A stretch of 64,000 nt of DNA. Source: Vicugna vicugna. Lineage: Eukaryota. The stretch is from positions 903,986-967,985 of the forward strand of contig MU058045.1 in assembly GCA_013265495.1 (NCBI GenBank), in the 5' to 3' direction. A program made the translations under genes and the position numbers. Of the stretch, positions 25,250 to 36,905 are shown in pieces. The notes under the pieces were generated by a model that was not told where the DNA came from, searched no databases, and saw nothing but the letters and a program-made list of their open reading frames with translations. Every line of letters begins with the position of its first letter. Positions within the stretch are counted from its first letter, which is position 1.

Positions 25250-26515
25250 TATAGTATTCCATTTTAACTGTTCTGTTGTGTTTTCTGCTATGTATCTTTG
25301 TACAAATTGTATTTGTGGTTACTAGGGATGGCAATATCTATCATAACAGGCTACAGTCTACTTAGAATCAATATTTCATCACGTCAAATGGGGTATAGAA
25401 ACTTCACCACTCAGCAGACCCCTTTGCCCTTCCCTCATGTGAGTGTGATATGTTATACTTCTGTGTGTTGAAAACCAGACATTAAATGCTTGTTTTTAAC
25501 GGTCAAACAAATAATTAAAGAACTTAATGTGAGAAGAATCTATTGTTTTTACCCAAATATTTACCATTCTGCTGCTCTGCCTTCATTTCTGATGTTCCAG
25601 ACTTTCTGCTGGTATGATTTCGATTCTGCCTGAAAAATCTCCTCAGTTTTTTGGTCTGCTGACTTCCAGTTCTCCTAGTGCTTCTTTGTCTGAGAATGTC
25701 TTTCTCTCACCTTCATTCCTGAAGGATAGTTTTGCTGGATATAAAGTTCTGTGTTGGCATTGTTTCGCCAGCACGTTAAAAACATTGTTGCACTTTCTTC
25801 TGGTGTCCATGGTTTCTGATGAGAAGTACACAGTCTTCCAAGTCTTTGTTCCCCTGGAAGTAACGTGTCATGTGGGGGGATTACTTTCAAGATGTTTTTT
25901 CTTTCTTTATAATGTTCAGCATTTGGGTATGATGTGTTCAGGCATGGATTTCTCTGTGTTTATCTTTTGGGGGTGTTTCTGAGCTTCTTGAATATATAGG
26001 TTTATGTTTTGTGCCAAAGTTACTTCAGATGTTTTTTGCTGGCCCCACACTCTTTTCCTCTCCTTCTGGGAGTCTGATGACATGAGTATTTGATCTTGAG
26101 CCGTTGTCCCATAGGTCCTGGAGGCCATGGTCATCCCCCTTCCTTTTCTCCTTATTCAGATTTGACCATTTCGATCGACCTGTCTTCCAGTTTATTTCCT
26201 CTTTCCTCTGTCATCTCCATATTGCTATTGAGCCCATCTGGTGAGTCTTTCTAATTTAGTTTTTGTATTTTTCAGTTCCACAGTTCACACTTGGTTCTTC
26301 TCTATATTTTGTTTCTTTGCTGAAACATTCAGTCTTTTCCTTTGTTTCAAGGGTGTTCACCTTTACTTGTTGGGGCTTTTTTATTATAGCTGCTTCAAAG
26401 TCTTGGTCAGAATTCCAACCCCTGTGTCATCTCAGCATTAGCATCTGTTGACTGTTTTTTCTCATGTTTCTTGAGATTTTCTGGTTCTTCATATGCTGAG
26501 TAATTTTGGGTGAGA
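25250..26515 (-). mobile_element. Old LINE-1 ORF1-region fossil
   Basis: ORFs 25643-25831 (FSSETMDTRRKCNNVFNVL...LYPAKLSFRNEGERKTFSDK) and 25916-26134 (IQEAQKHPQKINTEKSMPEHII) resemble the L1 ORF1p RRM/CTD, broken by frameshifts. Confidence 0.85.
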
Positions 26516-26534
26516 TTTCGGATTTTTCTTAAAC

Positions 26535-26682
26535 TTTTTTTTATTGAGTTATAGTCATTTTACAATTTTGTGTCAAATTCCATTGTAGAACACAATTTTT
26601 CAGTTATACATGAACATGCATGTATTCATTGTCACAATTTTTTTTCACTGTGAGCTACCACAAGATCTTGTATATATTTCCC
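26535..26682 (-). mobile_element. Younger LINE-1 3'-end fragment inserted in the old L1
   Basis: Poly-T, attgagttatagtcattttacaattttgtgtcaaattcc...gagctaccacaagatcttgtatatatttccc. Confidence 0.75.
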
Positions 26683-26687
26683 CAGAC

Positions 26688-26792
26688 TTTTTTTTTAAAT
26701 TGAAGTACGGTCAGTTACAATGAGTCAGTCTCTGGCATATGGCACAGTGTCCGAGTCATGCATATACATGCATAGAGTCGTTTTCATATTTT
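26688..26792 (-). mobile_element. Second short LINE-1 3'-end fragment
   Basis: Poly-T, aattgaagtacggtcagttacaatg...catgcatatacat...ttttcatatt. Confidence 0.65.
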
Positions 26793-29700
26793 TCAGATGT
26801 TTTGATTATTATGTTATGAGACTCTGGTTCTTGTTTAAGAGGAAAACTTTTTATTTGGTTACTATTTCTCCTTCTGTTTTCCTAGATCTTTATCCGTGCC
26901 TCCTATTTTTTTTTCCTCCCGCATTTTGTCCTCTTTAACCTTTTTTTGTGACTTCTGGGAGGTTATTCCAGCTTGTTTTCTCACTAAGTCTTATATTTAG
27001 ATTACAATCTGTTGTTTAGATTACAAAGTGCCTTCACTGTGGCTTTTAATTTGACAAGTGTGTTTTTATCTTGTGCACTGTTTCCCGTGACGTAAGTCAG
27101 TCCTTCATTGCAGCTCTGTTCTGGTGTATTGGTTTAGTGTCCCCTTGAATCTTGTTTTCAAAAAAGAAACCAATTTCTCAGGTTTCTCCCTTTCTGGAAG
27201 GAGTTGTATCTCCTAGGGCAGAAGGGGCAGGAGGAGAGGATGTCCCCTTAAATACTCTTCAGATGCTCCCTCTTTATATGCACCTGTTGGCTTATCTCCT
27301 CACATACAGGTCAGTATCTGTCTGAAGTTGGGAAGGGTTCCAACTCAGTGTACACCTCTGTTGCTCATGCTTTGGCCCAGATGAAGGAAGACTGGAAGGC
27401 CATGGGGCTGATCGTGGGGAGGAAGAAGGAGAGGAGCCTGTGTTTTCTGCCCAGCCTGGTCCACCTGTCCTTTCTTAAGATGTGAGCAGGTGTGGTCAAG
27501 GGGCTTTCTCCTAGGCCTTCAAAGTTGGAGTGCTTTCCAGAGGCTCTGCTTGGGTGTACAGCTGCCTGGCCATAGGGTGCCGTGGCTGAGGTGTGACTTT
27601 TCCTTTGCTGAGTCACCGACTGGCCTTTCCTTCTGTTCCTGGTTTCTGTAATATTTGACATCCTTTCCTAGAGTACAGAAAAGTTTATTATTAGAGGTTA
27701 CCACCCACGCCATGTATAATTTCCATTGCAGAGAATAAAGGGAGTTAAACTAATGCCCTCAAGAAAAGCTCTTTTGTCACTCTTTTGTGTTTTCTAACAT
27801 GTCTTCAAATGTTATTAGTGATATAAGCAAAAGGCATAATAACATAATGACTTTGCAAGTGCCAGCATCCATTATGAGCACAAAAAGGCATCAAACTTAT
27901 CTGAAAATACACAGTACACTCTCTGCCTTTATGTGAAATTTACTGAGACTGTGATTGAGCATGGAAAAAAAATTAAACATAATTGGATTCGGATATGTTG
28001 GTACCATATGATATTTCTTCCTGCTTTTGATTCTTTCAGTTTTGCGTCATCCTTCAGTGTCCATTTTTCCCATTCTGTGTTAGAATGGCCTTTGGTATCC
28101 AAGTTAACACATGATAGAAACATAAGCTCCTTCTCAAAACCAAATGCAAAATACTTAGCAGGAAGCAAAGTATCAGTTGCTCTTTGGAGGGTGTACTGTC
28201 AGGAAGGGGTCTGAAAGGGTCAGCTGGTCGTTTCTCAACCTGTTCTCTGAAACCTGTGTTTCATTTGCTCATAATAGACTGCGGTCAGGGGGATTCCCAC
28301 GGTAGAAACTGCTAGGCTGCAGGGTGGGAATTCCCCCAGGGTCCCTGCCCTTGGAAATGGCCTTCTGAGGTCACAGTGACAAGTGGAGCGAGTTCTATCA
28401 AACCAACCAGCAGTGGCAGTGCGAACCTTTTAAACACTGATTGGGCAATATGTTTCAAAGTCCATGCAGCAGTCCTAACCACACTTTGTTAACTTCAGGA
28501 AATGATACAAAAGAAGGAAGATGATAATGGAGGAAAGAGTTCATGGACTCATTAGGTGGCAATAGAAGGTTCTAAGGATCCCACAATGGGCTATTTTTAA
28601 TGAATGTTTATTTAATGGAATGAATATTTTGTAACCTTTAGAAATTATAACTGTGAAGACTGTGCAACAACATGAAAGAGGACAAATGATATGTTAACGG
28701 GGGCAAAAGGCTCATATATTGCAATTATATAAAAATATATATGTTTATGTCAGATCTTAGGAGGAAACCCATAGAAGTGCTTACTGGGGTGTTCGGGTAA
28801 TCTTGTACTTTCCTCCCCCTCTCATTTATAAGCTGCTGTTAAATGATTTTTATCACTTAAAAATAGAGTTTTTTGGTTTTTGTTTTAACAAACAAACTAG
28901 TAATCAGATAAGGTTTACCAACCAAGATGAAAAACTGGTCTGAGATTAAAACATTAACCCCTTCAGTGTTGACTACTGATTTTCGCTTGGTTAATCTGCT
29001 ACAATTTTTAAATTTAACCTCTAAGTTATGAATATTTACAAATGTAATGAGAACTTTGTCTAGAAACCCAGTTAACGTATAACAGCTGACGTATTTTATT
29101 TAATATCAGACAAGGAGTATTTTGCATTTGACTTTCTTACAGTGATACAAGCTTATCATATTGAATTTTGTATTACATGTGTGGCATTTAAAAATACCGT
29201 GCAGTCCTGCTGTAATCATTTGCATGGGAACCATGTACCAAGCAACTCCAGGAAGCATAACCCTTACTGTGGAATATCCGAGCACGACATGAGGAATGGA
29301 ACATAATACTCATTTTTATATCTACTGCTCTATATAAACTAGGCGTGCTGTGTGCTGACTAGACAAAACCTGAACCGTTGGATTCAAATCTTTGCATCAC
29401 ACTGTAGGATGAATACTGTGTCCAGCGAATCAAGATGTCACAAGATCTAGAAATCACTTCCTCTAAGCATCAGTTAACATTTGGAGCTAATTGTCTTTAG
29501 CTGGGAAGAGAAGACTGAGGAGTTATGTGAGGAGAATTGTCTTGTGGGAGGAAGAACGCTAGAACAGTGCTGTTTTAGAAATGTAAGATGGAGTTTAAAA
29601 GTGGGCAGAGTTTCAGCTCAAAATACTGAAGCTTCTAATAATCAGAGTCACGCTCCAGCTCAGCCCTGGAACTGATTTTCCCCTGAGTTTCCCTCTGACT

Positions 29701-30099
29701 GGGAGTATTCAGCAAAAGGTTAAATGTCCCACTGAGCTAGCCGATGATCTCCTAACTTCTTGCAGCTTGAAAATTTTTTCTTCTTAGTTGGTTATTTTGT
29801 CTTTCCAACACGCACAAACGTAGGCCTCCCTGCCCGCCCTCTTTTCCTTCTTTCCTTGAAGATGCTATTCGCTCTGCTTATTTCTGTCTTTTGAGCTATA
29901 CCTTGTGGTGCTGGTGGTCGTGGTGCTGGGTGTGTGTTTTGGTTTTCTTTATTTTTTAAAAAAGTGATGGCCTTAGAATTATGTTGTTTAATATAGTCAC
30001 TAGTCACATACGGCTGTTTGAATTTAAATTAACTGGAATATGAAAAAGTACTGTTCCTTGCTTCCTGGCCACAGTGTGGGGAACAGATTGAAGGGTTCA

Positions 30100-30615
30100 G
30101 GAATAGAAACACGAAGTTAAGGTAGGACACTGCTGAGAAACACGGGAAAATTTTTGTGAGATAGTAGTAACAGAGTTTGAGAGAGAGGGTAGGATTGAGA
30201 GAGATACTGGGGAGACAGAATCGACTTAGAGTGACTGACAAATGGCAAGTCCAGTGAGGGAGAAAGGAGAGGGTGTGGGCCTGTGAGGCTTCTGTCTCAG
30301 GCGAGCAGGTGATGGTGGTGCCAGCAACCGAGGCAGGGAAGACAGGAGGGCAGTCAAATCTGGGGGAAGATGAAGCATTCAGTTTCAGAGACCTTGAGAG
30401 TCAATGTCCTTAGAAATTTCAAGGTAGAGATAAGTAGTAAGCCATTGGCTGTATGATTCAGCTATGTAGAGCAGAAAACATTCAGGTATCTTAATTTAAA
30501 TATTGGTGAACTAAAAGGCATACAAAATAGAGAAAATATGCAGAACTCTGGGAATTGCCAACATTTAAGAGGAGGAGGAGACTAGACAGGTGAAAGGAGA
30601 ACCTGGAGAGTGTCC
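30100..30615 (-). mobile_element. Degenerate LINE-2 fragment
   Basis: gagcaggtgatggtggtgcca...gggaagacaggagg...ttcagtttcagagaccttgag...gccaacatttaagagg...ggagaacctggagagtgt. Confidence 0.6.
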
Positions 30616-30811
30616 CTGAGTACAAGGAAACGGAGGCTTATGAGTGGATTGTTAAATAATAGTGAAAGATTTTCTAGGCAGGTGCTACATAGATAATATT
30701 TGACCAATCTGGCTTAGATCCACTTTTCTAGGAAGCAGCAAATTATTTGGTGCTTTGAAATTAACTCAGTGCTTTTATCTTTTACGCTCCATTCATTCAC
30801 TGCCTTTCTCT

Positions 30812-30886
30812 CTTTTTTTTTTTAATTTATTTTTTACATTTTTATTGATTCATAATCATTTTACAGTGTTGTGTCAAATTCCAGTG
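30812..30886 (-). mobile_element. Severely 5'-truncated young LINE-1 tail (about 75 bp) with 14-bp TSD
   Basis: TSD cactgcctttctct at 30798-30811 and 30887-30900, followed by tttaag (TT/AAAA site on the minus strand); the insert resembles 26535-26590. Confidence 0.85.
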
Positions 30887-30887
30887 C

Positions 30888-31087
30888 ACTGCCTTTCTCT
30901 TTTAAGTATTTATCTTGCTGTGTATTAGGCGCTCTCCTAGGAGTGGGAGATACAAAGATGAATACAAGTTAGTTTCTGTCATATTCTACTGCCTTTCTCT
31001 TTTAAGTATTTATCTTGCTGTGTATTAGGCACTCTCCTAGGAGTGGGAGATACAAAGATGAATACAAGTTAGTTTCTGTCATATTCT
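30888..31087 (+). repeat. 100-bp tandem duplication (2 copies, 1 mismatch)
   Basis: 30888-30987 equals 30988-31087 except g30931/a31031. Confidence 0.97.
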
Positions 31088-32493
31088 TTCTGCAAAAGAA
31101 AGGCATATAAATAGGTAATTGGAATACAAAAATAAGGATCTCTAAGTAAAAAGAGGTTGTTGGAAGTACTGTAGGGGCTGGAAGAGAGCTCCCCCCACCC
31201 GCAACCCCTCCGTGCCTGTTAAATGCTGTGCTGTTTCACGAGTTGCCCTATTCCTGCTTCTTCACCCACATGGCCTTCAGAACTCAGCTCAGACATCATT
31301 CTGAAAGCTTTGTTTACCTTCCTCGTTTGTTCTATTTAATTCTTTAAGAAAAGTGGTAACGTATGGGACAACATATCTCTAAAGCAATCACTGCAAAAAG
31401 AGGAAGACAGGGAAGGAGGGAGGAAAGAGAACCAAAATAAAAAAAAAAAAGAGTATGAAGAGTTTTTATATTATAAGAAATTATAAGAAATTCAAACAAC
31501 ACAGAAAATACAAGGATGATCACCCAGGATCCTACCACGCAGAAATAATCATTATTGACATTAGGCCAACGTTGCCTGGATATATCCTTATACGTTTGTG
31601 CCTATAAAAGGAGGGCTAGAAATTATTTTGCATAATTCGAATCATACTGTATATGCTATTTTAATGTTAAGTGCTTGATTTCACTTTTAAAAGATTAGCA
31701 TGAAAAATGTAAACTTCACATAAAGGATTTTTTTTTTTTTACAAGAGATCGTAATTCCTAAAGAGCCATCTAAGGTTAACAAAAAAATTACATAAAACTC
31801 TGAAGCTTTGGTGATTTTTATACAGCTGTAATTTCTCTGTATGTTCTACTTTTCAGCAGCTTGATAGGACTTGGCTGTGAGTGATGAAGAAATTAACAGC
31901 TCAGCTTCCTTTCACCTTTCCCCCCACCTCCCAACTCCCTTCTGATTTTTCACTTATAATTACATTGTCACTGTTTATCGCATCTGTCCACTCCTCTGTA
32001 ACCTAATCCATATATTTGTTTATTCTCAGCTTCGTATTTAAATAGATTCAGTTTTCACCATCATCTCTTATGTCTGGGCCCCTGGCTTCTCCGTCCCAGA
32101 GTTCTGTTTTTTTATTCACCTCTTGGTTGGCTCAATTTCATCATCAAATAGTTTTCTTTAGAAAGACCCCAGTGGTCCCTGAAGTCCTCTATACTGTCTG
32201 TCTGTCACCTTTACACTCAAGGGACAGCTTGGCCGGGCATAAATTTGCCAGGTCATGCTTTCTTTCCCCTGAACTTTTGACATTTCTCTTCTGTCTCCTG
32301 GAATTGATGTTGAACTAGTTTTTTTCTTTATTGCTTCTCCCCTCCTTCAACCGCCAACCTTTAAGGAATCACAGTTTTGAAAGAATATACATGAGTTCTC
32401 TAAAACCTTTTCACTCACTGTAGTTGAGAGAATTATTACTAGGAAGGACCACCACAGCTGCGATCCTCCGATGTGAGCCAGGGTATTTTTGGA

Positions 32494-32526
32494 GTATTAA
32501 CCATGCATCTTTGTTTTCCTTTCCAG
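32494..32526 (+). promoter_or_regulatory. 3' splice site of the STX8 exon: putative branch point (TTAAC, A at 32500), polypyrimidine tract and CAG acceptor
   Basis: gtattaac-catgca-tctttgttttcctttccag directly before the exon; the candidate branch A is about 26 nt upstream of the AG. Confidence 0.75.
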
Positions 32527-32628
32527 AGATAATTGATGACCTTGCCAACCTGGTGGAGAATACCGATGAGAAACTTCGCACTGAAACCAGGCGTGTGAAT
32601 CTGGTGGACAGAAAGTCCACATCTTGTG
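32527..32628 (+). CDS. STX8: Internal coding exon of syntaxin-8 (C-terminal half of the Qc-SNARE helix plus juxtamembrane linker); 102 bp, phase 1/1
   Basis: Translates to (E)IIDDLANLVENTDEKLRTETRRVNLVDRKSTSC(G), near-identical to human STX8 as I recall it (EIIDDLANLVENTDEKLRNETRRVNMVDRKSASCG). Preceded by polypyrimidine tract tctttgttttcctttccag (AG at 32525-32526) and followed by donor TG|gtaaga (GT at 32629-32630). Confidence 0.96.
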
Positions 32629-33119
32629 GTAAGAGATCGCCTCTCTAATCGCTTGCGGATCTAAGTTTCCCACGTTGGTCTAATTTTAACCTCAAGGATT
32701 TGGTTGCTCTTCAAATACGGGGAGTTTCATTTGATGAAGCATTGGAATTACTCGAAGATCCCTGAATCTTGTTACGATGAAATGAATCATTAGGAGTGCA
32801 TGGGAAGTATATGCATTGTTAGGAAATGTAAAAATCAGAAGCCTTTCTGTGTGCTTACAAGGAATAATTGTTTGGAGAATTGTATGACCTTATGCAGATG
32901 GGTGGTGGTAGATTGTATGGGTTTTAAAGGCAGTCTTCCTTATTTTGTGCCTTTTTTTAGCCACAAGCGTAATAGTGGAAGCGTGAGCTGTAGAGCAGTT
33001 TTGAGCTCAGAATCTAAGGTCCAGCCAAGTTCAAATCCTATATTGAGTGATGTTCTCTCTGGCGGTCACTTTACTTCTTAATACCTTGTACCTAATACGG
33101 GGATACACAGGCCACGCTA

Positions 33120-33247
33120 AGAATCACTTAGAGTGAGTCTTAAAATGCTGATTCCTTGGCCCTGCCCTAGAGATTCTGATTGACTGGGGCTAGGCTGGAG
33201 TTCAGCAGTGTTCATTATTTAACAAACACACCAGGCAGTCCTGATCT
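33120..33247. mobile_element. MER5-like hAT fragment
   Basis: agaatcactta...ttaaaatgctgattccttggccctgccctagagattctgatt...ttaacaaacacaccaggcagtcctgat. Confidence 0.6.
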
Positions 33248-34127
33248 GGGCCCTTGTGATTCTGCAGAAGGTCTGATGTAGCTGTTGGTGAGGTTTCAGT
33301 GACCTGTGGCCTATGCACAGTGCCTTGCCTGCAGGTCAGGGATGGACAGTGGTGGAGACTGTAGTTATCACAGTGATGGTTGTTTGGTGCTTCCTCCCAC
33401 AAAGGTGCACCAAGTTTATAAAGCTAATACTTCTATTATAAATAGAAATGCATTAGTGCTAAAAACAAAAAAAACCTGGTGATCTCAGCACGTGCTTTGC
33501 TTGACTTTGAGCCCTTTCGATATGAAAAAATATAATGGATCCCTCTGATTATCTGGTTTTACGAGCACTGCTGTGCAAGGGTTACCTGGGGGACACAGCT
33601 TGAGAAGTGTTGCCTTCCTTGCCTGAGTCTGCAGTTAAACTCTAGAAGTCTAAAACAGCAGGGTGACGGAGGACCAGGCAAGTAAGGGCTCTGGAATCTC
33701 GGAGGAAGAGGAACTCGGGCGCCCGTCTCCTCCCCCTCCATCACTGCCTGCTCCCCCAGCCTGGCCCATTCTCCACTGCCGGAGGCCACGCCGCGCCCTG
33801 CGCCGCGGGCATGTGCCTCTCTCTGCTTCCTGCCCCAGAGCAGAGCCTCCCTGATTTCGCTTGACCAGCCTTCTCATAACTGCTGACCACAGAGACTTCG
33901 TCCTTTGCGCTAGATCCTCAGACTCTGGCAACAGAGACAGATGGCTTCACTCCCACCTCCCTTATTGTCTTCAGTTCTTGTGTAAACCTTATCTTTCTGA
34001 GCCTTAGTTTTTCAGCTGTTAAAAAAAAGAAGATAAGCTGGTTATCAAAGTGAGCTTGTATAAAACATGTGATGTGTCCGACATTGTCTGTCTGCCCTGA
34101 ACTTCCATATTTTAGGCAGAGAGGCTC

Positions 34128-34410
34128 TAAGGTGTAACAGTTAAGGGTGTGGGCGGGCTCTAGAACCTAGACTCACCTCCCAGCCCTGCCATTCACCGGC
34201 TGTATGACCTTGGGAAAACCCACTGCCCTTTGCCTTGATTTCCCCATCTCTGAAATGGGAATCACAATACCACCTACCTGAGAGGGTTGTTGTAAGGAAT
34301 AAAGGAGTTAAAATAAAGATACGGATATATAGATGACACAGAGGCAGACAGACAGACAGGTAGGTAGGGGTAGATATATATGGCACTTAGTGTATAACAC
34401 ATAGTAAGCA
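34128..34410 (+). mobile_element. MIR, near full length
   Basis: gttaagggtgtggg...ctctagaacctagac...ggctgtatgaccttgggaaa...tttccccatctctgaaatggga...cctacctgagagggttgttgtaagga...acatagtaagc. Confidence 0.8.
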
Positions 34411-35227
34411 GTATCTTTATGTCTAAAGTAGGAAGAATCTTCCCACTTATGTGACAGCTTTCCTGAGGTCGTTTTGATGTGCTGAACAATCATGTTGTTA
34501 TTAATTTGGAATGACCATATTCATAGACATGTCAGTAAGATTTTGTATCTGCAGTATTGCAGCCCTCAGCACGTGCCATTCATGAAGTCGTAATGAAGAA
34601 TATTGGTCGTACTGTTACCAATTTTTTGTTTTATAGTTTGACCTGGTATTGGTATTTATATCTAGAAATGTCCATAAAATCTTCCTAGCTGAGCTGTGTA
34701 ATATTTTTTTTGAAAATAAGAGAAATGTAGAGAATCCTAGAATTACTAAAATGCATGTTTTTTTAAATGTCTCTTGGTATCTTAGAATGTGTTAAGTGTA
34801 AATTTATCTCATGTCCTATTTTTATTTACTTATATATATATAAAATAGAGTTATTCAGAAGGGTGAAATACAATGGTATTAAATAGATGCTGAAAGAAGA
34901 AATTTCTTGAGATTTTTCAGTGGAAATACTTGAGAAAGAATTCCTTCTGCTAGCCTTTCATTTTTTCCCTGTTATTTCTTAAGCAGTTCATCAATAGTAT
35001 ATCTCCACCAAATAACTGTCCTTCCATGATTTCTGGTGCCTGGTAACTTTAAAGGAAAAGGTTTTGCGTTTCTATTTTTTAAGCGGACCTTTGCAGTTAC
35101 ATTGTGTTTGTTGACAAGCAGTGCTGGTTTTGCATGTTGGCCTGCAAAGCTCTAGTGAGGTTAGACTTATGTTTGTGGCACCCAGCAATTAACTTCTAGG
35201 TCTTTCACTGATCAATATTCAGTCTTC

Positions 35228-35313
35228 GAGGGGGTGAGGGGTATAGCACAGTGGTGGGGCACATGCTTAGCATGCCTGAGATCCTGGGTTCAATCCCCAG
35301 TACCTCCATTAAC

Positions 35314-35348
<35 letters not shown>

Positions 35349-35375
35349 GATGATGATGATGATAATAAATTTAAA
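35228..35375 (+). mobile_element. tRNA-Ala-derived SINE with a (GAT)n tail
   Basis: gggtatagcacagtgg...gcttagcatgcctgagatcctgggttcaatccccagtacctcca; degenerate TSD aatattcagtcttc (35214-35227) / aatattaagccttc (35376-35389). Confidence 0.9.
35314..35363 (+). repeat. (GAT)n trinucleotide microsatellite with one single-base interruption
   Basis: Directly visible. Confidence 0.95.
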
Positions 35376-35473
35376 AATATTAAGCCTTCAAACACAAGGT
35401 ATATTGTGCAATTAGTGATTAGGTCTAGGCAGCCCTTGGCAAAATTAACTTGATCCTTTTGGTAAAAATGTGT

Positions 35474-36058
35474 TTTTATTTTGGTAAAGTATACCTAACA
35501 TAAATTGTACCATTGTAACAGTTTTTAAGCGTGCAGTTCAGTGGCATTAAGTACATCTACACTGCTGTGCAGCCATCACCACCATTCATCCACAGAACTT
35601 TTTCATCTTCCCAAATGAAAATTCTGTCCCCATTGAAGACCAGCTTCCCATTCCTCGCCCACCAGCCCTGGTCAGCCACCACTCTGCTTCCTGTGTCTAC
35701 GCACATGACTACCCTGGGTACCTCATGAAACTGGAACCATACAGCACTTGTCCTTTGTACCTGGCTTATTTCATGTAGCACAATGCCTTCAATATTGCTC
35801 TAGGTTGCACCATGTGTCAGGAATGCCTTCCTTTTTTAGGCGAATATTCCATTGTATGTATAGACCACTTTTTGTGTATCCATTTATCTGTCAGTGGACT
35901 CGGGTTGCTTCCACCTCTAGGCTGTTGCGAATAGTGCCCCTGTGAACAGGAGTGTGTAAGTATCAGTTCAGGTCTTTGTTTTTTTGTGTATATACTCAGA
36001 AGTGGATTGCTGAATCAAATTACAACCCAGTGTTAAATTTTGGAGGGGAACCACCACA
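35474..36058 (-). mobile_element. Old LINE-1 (L1MB-like) 3' end
   Basis: cagttcagtggcattaagtacat...cagccatcaccacc...cagaactttttcatcttcccaaa...gaatattccattgtatgtatagaccac...gttgcttccacct. Confidence 0.88.
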
Positions 36059-36589
36059 CCAACCTGACCTTCTGTCTTGCGTCTAGCCTTTAGACTCTTA
36101 GGTACTGCCTCGTAGGTTTTGTTTGTTTCGTTTTTAATCTGATCAAGCCCACTTGCAGGCAGGAGTCAGGGGCTTCTGCAGCCTGAGAGGGCGGGCAAGT
36201 AGGGTGAACGGTGAGGTCCTGGGCCCTCCCCGGTTGGGAGGTGTAATAGGAGACCCTAGTAAAGTGAGGCCCCAAAGAGCTGTGACCTTAGGGTAGAAGT
36301 GGACCAGAACTAGACTTGCCCTGGGGGATTGTGGGGAAGGCAGCCTTGGCACTGAACAGAACAGGAGAAGGAAAAAAAAAGGGAAAGCTATCATTCCTGA
36401 CACGTTGTGGTCACAGAAAGGCCCTCCGGTGCATCTGTACCCTGGGTAGCCACACTCACTTGTTCTCGCACCAGGCGCCTGGTGAAAAAAAAGAACAGTG
36501 AAATGCCTCTTTGAAGGAGAGCATATTTATTCTTGGTCTCTGGGAACCAACCACAAATAAAATTTTCAGGGCAATGACCAGCACGCACT

Positions 36590-36905
36590 CAAAGATAACC
36601 TAGCATATCTGGAAACAGCACACCGTGGGCAAGGACCAGCCACAGACCCCACAATCCAGTCTGCACAGACTTGCAGTATTAGCATTATCAGATGTAGATT
36701 ACAAAATCAATTATTTTCACATTTAAAGAAGGACATGACAGTCTTGCAAGTATCTTCAGAGAATAGGAAACTGTAAAGAGTAACAAAATTTGAAAAAGGG
36801 ATCAAATAGAACTTCTACAAATAAAAAATAACTGAAATTCAAGATTCAGTGGGCATATTTGATACCAGCAGAAGAAAGACTCAACCAGAGGACAGATAAG
36901 AAAAA
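36590..36905 (+). mobile_element. Old LINE-1 5'/ORF1 coiled-coil region fragment
   Basis: A-rich, with caaatagaacttctacaaataaaaaataactgaaatt...tttgataccagcagaagaaaga, resembling L1M ORF1. Confidence 0.5.

Larger units (their letters stand above)
1..32526 (+). other. STX8: Large STX8 intron (3' part, upstream of the exon)
   Basis: No other STX8-like peptide in any frame; repeat-rich non-coding sequence; the exon is internal (phase 1 acceptor). Confidence 0.8.

Noticed and set aside
25614..26134. Cluster of ORFs on both strands
   Set aside because: Frameshifted L1 ORF1 fossil and its antisense frames.
32424..32526. N-terminal part of ORF 32424-32648
   Set aside because: Lies upstream of the splice acceptor and includes the polypyrimidine tract (ASLFSFP); only 32527-32628 resembles STX8.
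21746..35310. Inverted SINEs flanking the STX8 exon as a circRNA driver
   Set aside because: Short, diverged SINE heads more than 13 kb apart around a single 102-nt exon; too weak to claim without RNA data.
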